Source of the DNA: Octopus sinensis
Lineage: Eukaryota
Reading direction: 5' to 3'
Assembly: GCF_006345805.1 (NCBI RefSeq)
Contig: NC_043003.1
Span: 6,076,001 to 6,140,000, forward strand
Length of the DNA stretch: 64,000 bases
Part shown: positions 55,001 through 64,000 of the stretch, in pieces
Layout: each line of letters starts with the position of its first letter
Numbering within the stretch: position 1 is the first letter of the stretch
The notes under the pieces: model-generated
What the model was told of the DNA's origin: nothing
Database searches by the model: none
What the model saw: only the letters and a program-made list of their open reading frames with translations
Translations under genes and position numbers: made by a program

Positions 55001-55422
55001 GGCGGCGAGCTAGCAGACACGTTAGCGCGCCGGGCGAAATGCTTAGCGGTATTTCGTCTGTCGTTACGTTCTGAGTTCAAATTCCGCCGAGGTCGACTTT
55101 GCCTTTCATCCTTTCGGGGTCGATAAATTAAGTACCAGTTACGCACTGGGGTCGATGTAATCGACTTAATACCTATGTCTGTCCTTGTGTGTCCCCTCTA
55201 TGTTTAGCTCCTTGTGGGTAGTAAAGAAATAGGTATTTCGTCTGCTGTTACGTTCTGAGTTCAAATTCCGCCGAGGTCAACTTTGCCTTTCATCCTTTCA
55301 GGGTCGATAAATAAAGTACCAGTTTCGCACTGGGGTCGATATAATCGACTTAATCCCTTTGTCTGTCCTTGTTTGTTCCCTCTGTGTTTAGCCCCTTGTG
55401 AGCAATAAAGAAATATATATTT
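55001..55422 (+). mobile_element. SINE D dimer (full plus 5'-truncated copy) with a single 11-bp TSD
   Basis: ACAGTTGTGAA at 54990-55000 and 55423-55433; A/B boxes in the first unit. Confidence 0.9.
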
Positions 55423-56479
55423 ACAGTTGTGAACGTTGCATATAACCTCAAGAAAGTTTATCAATTTTCGATGAGTTCGAATTGTTAATTGAGCAGCACT
55501 AGACTATACATATGAAGTTTCTGGCGAAATCTGTCATTTATTTGAAGGATTAGAATTACACTCTAACAGAAAACCATCATCTCTATATAAACCTCTAGAG
55601 ATACATGGGATCTTACCTTTAATTTGTTTAAAATGTTTAATCCAGCACTATCACTGATATTGGCTGAATCATTTTTAACTCAGGCAAAGCAAGACGGGAC
55701 GTTATTTTACTGTTAATACAAATACTGTTGTCATTGAAGGAATATATTTACTCGTTGCTTTATTACTATACCAATACCTGTGTACATTATGAGTATCACA
55801 GATTTCGTTGGATCGAGTGAGGCTCTAAAAATCGGGTGAGCGATTGTAGGGTTGTAGTTTTTTATACCGAATTCAAAGAGACTGCGCTTTTAGGCCTGGA
55901 TTCCATCAACCCATTGCAGTATTGACCTTTGATTTCAAAGAAGGTGTGAATGACCCTTATTTTTGGACTACAGGAATCAGTTTATAGGTTTTGTTTCTTA
56001 TTAACCGTTACAAATTTATGAGTTTTATTTCATCAGTTTTTAGAGTAATACTTACAATTATACATTTATTTAAATTCCACCACACACATATACACACGCG
56101 TACATACACACACATTTTCCATACAACTATCATTCTATATATATATATATATATATGTTCGTAATTCGCCTCTTCTTATAATAACCATTAATGGATCACC
56201 CTAACCAATCTTATTCGTTCTATAATACTAATGTTTATCGAAGCTCCTCCACCCCACGGACTACAACAACTCCCAGTCTCGGTATCCATTTACAACAAAC
56301 ATTTTCTCGGATTCAAAAATCCATCTTTGGCGAAACTTGTGACTCGTAAATAATCCAATAATTGTATATACGTTTGTTCGTTGATATGCACGTGTCTATA
56401 TATCAGCATACACACATACATGCATATATATACACACATGCACACGCACACATATACATACACACACACGCACATACAT

Positions 56480-56699
56480 ACATATCACATTCAAAATGTG
56501 ACCGCGTGTATACCGTTGGCGATTTTTTCCTCCTCTTCCCTTCTTTGGATCTTTCCTTCTCCTATGTTTCCGATGAAGAGCTCTGCTCGAAACGTTAAAC
56601 CCTCCTTCTTCCCTTCTTTCTTGAACATCCAATAATACTATACTTGTCCCACGTCCTTGCGTTGTTGTATTTTTTCTTTGTGTTTTCATGTTTGGATTA

Positions 56700-56703
<4 letters not shown>
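56480..56703 (+). mobile_element. PLE-derived short insert (family H2) with hammerhead motif at 56566-56600
   Basis: GTTT-CCGATGA-A-GAGC.tct.GCTC-GAAAC-GTT-AAAC; ends GGATTAAC before (TA)n. Confidence 0.75.
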
Positions 56704-56743
<40 letters not shown>

Positions 56744-56836
56744 TTCAGCAAAATTTAGATTCAGATGAATATGGTACATAAGTTAAAGGCACCAGAATTT
56801 GGTATGGTATTATCCATATAAATCAAATGGGATGAT

Positions 56837-57058
56837 TATAATCAAAATAAGCAACAAGGATATCCATGGTATAGTAGTACAATGTTTCATGCTACTTCAT
56901 TTTATAAAACACTGTAAGTATACATCAGTTTTAAAATGGCTGAAGATTGCTCGACATTTTAAAACTGATGTAATACTTACAGTGTTTAATAAAATGAAGT
57001 AGCATGAAACAATTGTACTACTTTACCTTGGATATCCTTGTTGCTTATTTTGATTATA
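56837..57058. repeat. About 102-bp inverted repeat with a 16-nt loop; hammerhead motif at 56937-57021 (+)
   Basis: Arms 56837-56938 and 56955-57058. Loop GCTGAAGATTGCTCGA; GAAAC.AATT.GTA at 57006-57017. Confidence 0.9.
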
Positions 57059-57754
57059 TATACTGAAACTAGGTAAATAGATTCTTCGAACAGGGACAGT
57101 CAGCAGCGACACCTGCTGGGTCTGACTACGCTTCATTGATAAAGGGCAAATACCCTGAAACATGTCTGCAGCTGTCTGACTGGCAGGATGAAGCGGCTGA
57201 CCTCCCCTGTTCGAAGGTTTATAATGGACGCAGGTTGTGTGTCAAATAGCTAGCTTGGGGCGGTGGCCTCTTAGAGATAATCAGCGACAGCTTTAGTCTT
57301 ATATTTATAAGACTGCCATATAAGTATGGCGATAACTATTAATTTCCAGTAACGCTGCCGTAATCTCCTTTAGAGAGACTTAGTAATTTTAATATTTCTA
57401 TTATATATAATATATAATATAATATATATATATATATATATATATAGTATGTATGTATGTATGTATGTATGTACCAGTGCGTGTATTTGTAAGTCCCTGT
57501 ACAGGGAAACGTGGGGTAACAATCTCAGAAAATCTAAGTCTTAACAACAACAATAAAGGAATCCCAGCAATGGAAAAAGATGAAGGAGAAAAAATGAGAA
57601 AGAGCAAAACCACAGCATTAGAGCTTTTGTATAACGCGCACATGCACACACTTAGACACGCATACACCTACACACATAAGCAGACGTATGCTCACATATA
57701 CACCCTCCACATGTATACACACACACACTCACATAAATTACGTACGTATATATA

Positions 57755-57946
57755 TATGTGTGTGTGTGGGTGTGTGTGTGTGTGTGTGTGTCTGTGTATG
57801 TGTGTGTGTGTGTGTGTGTCTGTGTGTGTCTGTGTCTGTGTGTCTTTGTGTTGTGTGTGTGTGTGTGTCTGTGTGTGTGTGTATGTGTCTGTGTCTGTGT
57901 GTGTGTGTCTGTGTGTGTGTCTGTGTGTGTGTCTGTGTGTCTGTGT

Positions 57947-57978
<32 letters not shown>

Positions 57979-58110
57979 CTGTGTCTGTGTGTCTGTGTCT
58001 GTGTGTCTGTGTGTGTGTCTGTGTGTGTGTCTGTGTTGTGTGTTGTGTGTTGTGTGCTGTGTGTGTGTGTGGTGTGTTGTGTGTGTGTGTGTGGTGTGTG
58101 TGTGTGTGTG
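57755..58110. repeat. Degenerate (TG)n microsatellite
   Basis: Directly visible; source of the spurious CV/HT-repeat ORFs. Confidence 0.97.
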
Positions 58111-58600
58111 TACCTCATGCATACGTAAATACTATTGCGATAGATATAATATTAAACAATCTGCCAAGAAAAATCCCCACCAGAGCAACAAAAGGTAAAA
58201 AAGAAAAGACAAAAACATCATTAGTAACAGCACTACTGCAAAAATGATAAACATAGTGTTGTGAACCCTCTCCTTCACTCCATCTCTTGATAACACACGT
58301 CAATAACACACTCCACCCACGACCACCACCCGCATTTGCTTAAAATCTATCAATTGTACTAAAAAAAAAGTAGCCATGTTGAAAATAACAGTAAATCATA
58401 ACGAGATAAGTGTGATTCGAACTCGAGAACCACTGATGTATTGGTGTGTATTATTTATATCAATGTTCAGATCGATAATATTGGTTTCGATATTTTATCT
58501 TGGAATGAATATTTTTTCTTGATTCCACGCTGGAAAGTAGTCTATCTTCGGACGATAAGAAATAAAAGAGAAATTTATAACATACGTCCAAATGTATACA

Positions 58601-58646
<46 letters not shown>

Positions 58647-58727
58647 TATATGTGTGTGGTATAATTATTTGCATATGTATATTGTGTATATATGTGCATA
58701 TATATAATTACACACACACACATATAT

Positions 58728-58759
<32 letters not shown>

Positions 58760-59107
58760 ATATATATATAAAACTTCATATATGTGTATGTATATACATA
58801 TATTTATGTACATATATACGCATATATATATATATGTATGTATAGTTTGTAGTGATATACATGTGTGTGTGTGTGTGTGTGTGCGCGTGTGTATGTATGG
58901 ATTTATGCATGTGTGTATGTAGAGTGAATGAAAGAAATCAATGAAAGAAGAAATTAGAGAAAGAGGTAAAAAAAAAGCGAATGGAAAGAGATAGAATTTT
59001 GTTTTATTTCACATTTTCACTGAAATATATTTTACAAAATATTTTCATTTAACAAAATCCGTCCCACTTGTGAATTTATATACGCACATATATATATATA
59101 TATTATA

Positions 59108-59150
<43 letters not shown>

Positions 59151-59348
59151 GTACATATATGCCACGCAACCTTATACAATTTAACAGTTGACGCCGCCAT
59201 CGCCATAGATACACATTATTGATAAACTTATCGACTGCCTCCCTAAACTGCTGAAGCTAAACTCCCAATAATATTTATCTTCTTGATTTATAAGGGTTGC
59301 TGTTCTTGTTGTTATTGTTGTTGCGTGTTTGTTTTTGTGTGTGTGTGT

Positions 59349-59386
<38 letters not shown>

Positions 59387-59454
59387 GGTGCTGTAGTTGT
59401 TGTTTGGGTGTGTTTAGCCCCCATAAGCAGATCTATCATTAAAATTGCTCAATC

Positions 59455-59585
59455 CTATTTCTTTACTACCCACAAGGGGCTAAACATAGAGGGGACAAAC
59501 AAGGACAGACAAACGGATTAAGTCGATTATATCGACCCCAGTGCGTAACTGGTACTTACTTAATCGACCCCGAAAGGATGAAAAA
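59455..59585 (-). mobile_element. SINE D 3' half
   Basis: TTTCTTTACTACCCACAAGGGGCTAAACA...TCGACCCCGAAAGGATGAAA. Confidence 0.85.
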
Positions 59586-59855
59586 TTGCTCAATCCGTGG
59601 CCATACAATGTTTGCCGATTTGTATGTAAAAGATTCACAGGATTAATAGATCGCTCAGTTTAACAGCGCCACCTGGCATTTAAGTCCCTTCATTGCAAGG
59701 AGGAATGCCTCATCACAGTTGGTTGACTACCATAAGAAATACCAGCTAAATCTTCCTCATATTACACCCTACATTCCTAATGTAACTTTCAATAATGATT
59801 TAGTCTAACACCGCTAACCAGGAAACGGAGACGGGATGATCACGGCTAGAATGTC

Positions 59856-60240
59856 TTTACTTACTTGTACTTGTGGCGACATTCACCCTGGGCGGGTTGA
59901 GTCGGCTTATTCTACCACCCTCGAGACATCTCGAAGAAGCTGGAAGAAGTTTCGTGGGAATATGTGGATTTCACAAGCGGTCCCCAACAATCCCGCATGT
60001 AGAGACATCCTGTTTGCCGCAGATTGTCCGCAGACGCAGGGACAGAACAACCGAGGAGCCGCCGGTTGCCGAAACGGACACTCCGAGGATTTTCACCAGA
60101 GCCCCGTCTGCCGGGTTGTGGCCCTAATACCACTCGGTGTCAGACCAATCCGCCTTGGGTGGCCCTACCAGGAACCGAAGTTCCCGACGGCATAGCTCTA
60201 ACACTACCCGTTGCCAGCGTCCCCCACGACGGTGAGGAGG
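59856..60240 (-). mobile_element. Short non-autonomous RTE-derived element (5'UTR-like part joined to a 3' end)
   Basis: Minus strand GAGCTATGCCGTCGGGAAC.TTCG.GTTCCTGGTAGGGCCACCCAAGGCGGATTGGTC resembles RTE/BovB/Expander 5'UTRs as I recall them. Ends in an (AAGT)-type tail. Confidence 0.6.
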
Positions 60241-61817
60241 GGATGGACATTAGCTACTGATCAACTCAAACAAGAACGAAAAGCAAAATTACTAAATTTA
60301 ATGGTTGATGGCCAGCTCCTAAGTCTAATTGTAAACAATGAGACGTAGATTCCTTCTCCATCTCAGTAACCAGTTTCTGGTGCCAGGAGATCGTCAGAAA
60401 CAAGGTCCTTCTTTCTACAATAACATTATCAAATGCCTAGATTCGTTTATAAGGATGCGTTATTGACGAGATTTGGTTATGATTTTTAGCAAGCCAAGCA
60501 TTCTCATAGAACAAGGCTGGGTAACACCTCGACCTCCGACAAACTTTCTCTCAAATTAAAATTTAAAATGTTCCACTCATGACCTTCACTCAGCACTTCA
60601 AACGACTACCTTCACTCAAAGCGTCACACTTACGACGGTCACTCAGAACTCATACGATTAAAAACAGTTTAAGCTTTAAAACCATCAATATAGAGCAACC
60701 ATTTCTATAAATTCTCTTCCACCCTTCCTCAAATTTAAATGGTATAATTACATCATTGTTGAGTTAAAGTATTTAAATAAATAACTCTGTGATCCCTAGC
60801 ATACTCTAGTGTGGGGTTTTAAAAAAAAGTTTCATTTCTGGATAAACCCTGTGATAGCATTTTCAAAACCTTTTCTTTGCTGCTAAGTTTCATTATTACC
60901 ATGATAGCTTGGACACTTTAAAATTTCTTCCACTTGCACCTCCACTTTACTGTTTTTTTTTGCTGCAATGGCTCTTGGTAAAATAGAAATTTTTAATGTT
61001 TTCCCTTTTTTTAATGATATTTTTGTTGTTTTTGTAAAATCTCAGAATATAATTAAAAATTCACATTTTTTTGTGAAATTATTTTAAGAAAATAATTTGA
61101 CAAAAAATGTGAATTTTGTCCATCTATCTATTTGTCTATCTATCCAACTGTAAACATTTTAAATATTTCACTAACTTTTTGTTATAACTTGGCAAAAGGG
61201 CACATATTTTGCCAAAATTTGCTAAATTTGTTCCCACAGTCTTCTTTATCCACAACTAGAATCGTAAACTTTCTCTTGAAGATATTAAACACTGGTCAAA
61301 GCTGAGAGTCTGACGGAGACAGATTTGGGAAGAAATATACAGTGTTTCAAGGTAACATCATTTGGTGACTTACAGACACGTGTAGTTTCTTTTTTAATCG
61401 GCTCATCTGCCCTCAATCACTCCGCACATGATTTTACGTCCTTGCAGTTGGCTCCAAACACTAAAACAACCAGCCACTCCACTTTATGGTAACTCTGGCT
61501 GACATTTTTAGAGTGAGGTCTCCTAAATAAGCACACAAAAGTAATCTAGACATTGGTTTCAAATTTTGGCAGAAGGCAATTTCGGGCTCAGCGGAATTTG
61601 AACTTACAACATAAAGACGAAATGCCGCACAGGGATTTCTCCGGTGGCGTATTGACGACTCTCCCAGCTCGCCAACTTAAAAAGGTTGTCCTGATTAAAG
61701 CATTTTGCCCGACATGCTAACGGTTCGCCGCGTCAAATTGTTCGAGATATTGACATTAAGTTTGGGTCGTTAGTACTGTAATATGAATATTAAATTGATA
61801 ATCATAGCGGCGATATA

Positions 61818-61869
<52 letters not shown>

Positions 61870-62062
61870 AGATCGTTAGCAACAACACGCATTTTCTCTC
61901 TCTGTGTTTCTCTTCTTGTTTTTTCTATGTCCCTTTCTGTAGAAGAGCGTAGGCTCGAAACGTAAAATACTTTTTCTATTCCTGAGCGTTATACTAATAC
62001 ATCTGTTTGTTTTGTACACCACCTGTCTTCGTCTTTTGTTTTTTTCCGTAAACTCTCCCTAT
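61870..62062 (+). mobile_element. PLE-derived short insert (family H3), hammerhead variant at 61933-61968
   Basis: CTGTAGA-A-GAGC.gtag.GCTC-GAAAC-GTA; (TA)n on both sides. Confidence 0.7.
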
Positions 62063-62479
62063 ATATATATATATTATATATATATATATATATATATGTA
62101 TGTACTGTTGAAAGCCTTCAAAATTGTATAGGCCTCTAGAAAGCGAATACTGCACTTTAGAAGACTTTCAACAGTGTATATGCTTTGAGTGAGTATACAG
62201 ATTACTAACTTGAACCAATACTGCTTAAGCCGCGAATAATGGATTAGGTGTGTGGGTATGTATATGTATTCAATAAGGGTTTGAATACTGTATGGATAGA
62301 CTGCGTCCTCCTTGTCCGAGCATCCTATGTCTTAAAACCCATGAAGTGATGCGAAACTGATTCTAACTGATATTAAAATCTTGGAACTCTAAACAAATGT
62401 ATTGATTGCCACTTTTTTGCCAGGGGTCCGTTTGTTCGTCGTTCAGTCACTTATATTCATGCATACGAATATATACACT

Positions 62480-62685
62480 TATACGTATGTATAAATATAA
62501 CGGGAAGCTTTATGAAAATAAACAAAAGACGAAGGCAAGTGGAATACAAACAAACAATTGTATTAGTATGGCGTTCAGGAATATAAATAAAACAAGTCTT
62601 TTACGTTTCGAGCCTACGCTCTTCGACAGAAAGATACACAGAAAAGAAACACGGAAAGAAACAAGGAGAAAAAAAATGCGTGCAG
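62480..62685 (-). mobile_element. PLE-derived short insert (family H3), hammerhead variant at 62597-62634
   Basis: Minus strand TCTTT-CTGTCGA-A-GAGC.gtag.GCTC-GAAAC-GTA-AAAGA. Confidence 0.72.
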
Positions 62686-62811
62686 AAGCTTGGCCTGCTC
62701 GCTTAGCCAGCGGGGTGGCGTCATTTGAAGGCTAAAACAGTGCGAAGTGCATTGTGACCAGCGATGTGTAGCAACATCTGATAGCCTGGTCAGTCATGGT
62801 GATCAGTCATG

Positions 62812-62876
<65 letters not shown>

Positions 62877-62961
62877 CTGTGTGTGTGAATATACAGATAT
62901 ATAGGTGTGCGTGTGTGTGTGTGTATGTATTGTATATATGTATATGTATATATGTGTGCCC

Positions 62962-62996
<35 letters not shown>

Positions 62997-63000
<4 letters not shown>

Positions 63001-63297
63001 ATCGTGATCACCGTGACCGACCAGGCTATCAGATGTTGCTACACATCGCTGGTCACAATGCGCTTCGCATTGTTTTAGCTTTCAAATTACGCCACCCTAC
63101 TGGCTAAGTGAGCAGGCCAACAGAAGAAAGAGTGAGAGAAAGTTGTGGCGAAAGAGTACATCAGGGATCGCCACCACCCACTGCCAGAGCCTCGTGGAGC
63201 TTTTAAGTGTTTTCGCTCAATAAAATCTCACAAGGCCCGGTTTGGGAATCGAAACCGCGAGTCTGCTGCCCTAGCCACTGGGCCATTGCGCCTCCAC
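62997..63297 (-). mobile_element. tRNA-derived SINE (family B head, distinct 3' half)
   Basis: GTGGAGGCGCAATGGCCCAGTGG head, B-box GTTTCGATTCC. The 3' half is also present inverted at 62690-62804. Confidence 0.88.
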
Positions 63298-63347
63298 ACA
63301 CACACACACACACACATATATATACATACATACATACATACATACAT

Positions 63348-63381
<34 letters not shown>

Positions 63382-63715
63382 GCACGCGCGCATTAATATC
63401 CGGAATGATAGTGAATACAAGGAGACGTGGCAAATTATGCAAAACCACTTTTCACATAAACACACACACAGGTCTTGCTACTCTATAATTACATCATTGA
63501 TTAACATAACTCACTAATTAAACACAATACATACTAATTTATTTTATTTCACTTGAATTAAACTTCCATTCTAAATCACTCTTCAGATACTTCCGTGTCT
63601 GTCACCGCTCTGAAAACAATATCATATATACATACTTAATACATTATATATAAATAAATATACAAGTACATATACCTATCTATATATACTTATATAAATA
63701 TATATGCATTCATAC

Positions 63716-63762
<47 letters not shown>

Positions 63763-63775
63763 ATTAATAATCCAC

Positions 63776-63838
<63 letters not shown>

Positions 63839-63849
63839 ATATATATACA

Positions 63850-64000
63850 GTTGAAATTCACAGAAAGACAAAAGACGAGAACAGATGTATAAACAACAAA
63901 GCGATATATTAGTTTAACTCGGGAAGGTGAGGTGTGAGGTCTTTTACATTTCGGGCCTACGCTCTTCAACAGAAAGGAACACGATGAAATAAATGGACAG
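63850..64000 (-). mobile_element. PLE-derived short insert (family H3), hammerhead variant at 63941-63976; runs off the window end
   Basis: Minus strand CTTT-CTGTTGA-A-GAGC.gtag.GCCC-GAAAT-GTA-AAAG. Confidence 0.65.

Noticed and set aside
53560-56000. Possible ancient LINE remnant on the minus strand in AT-rich DNA
   Set aside because: Only vague motif fragments; not distinguishable from background by eye.
57134-57168. Hammerhead-like TTGATAA-AGGG..CCCT-GAAAC.AT.GTC (also weak cases near 19600, 33300, 34960 and 51520)
   Set aside because: Two or more core mismatches or missing stems; possible relics, but not counted as ribozymes.

Overview
Repeat-saturated animal genomic DNA. It is AT-rich, has one 100-N scaffold gap and an extreme density of (TA)n, (CA)n, (TACA)n, (GATA)n and (TAA)n microsatellites. 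The SINE families and repeat landscape look like a coleoid cephalopod, most likely Octopus (inference from recognised sequence style, not a database hit). I find no confidently intact host gene; nearly all ORFs in the supplied track are microsatellite artefacts. The window holds three tRNA-derived SINE families, decayed mariner transposons, RTE-clade LINE fragments, Penelope-like element (PLE) remnants and R4/Dong-type restriction-like-endonuclease (RLE) retrotransposon fragments. Two systems stand out. (1) At least ten minimal type I hammerhead-ribozyme motifs of several sequence families lie in short inserts beside (TA)n tracts. One sits in a direct-repeat, retrozyme-like unit, and two long fold-back palindromes have the hammerhead core at their apex. 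(2) A (TAA)n landing pad at 43.1-47.5 kb contains four different R4/Dong 3' ends and a 555-bp non-coding element, all in strict polarity with the TAA strand and sharing a putative 3' recognition motif. Weak candidate host exons, including a 6-nt microexon, are also flagged.
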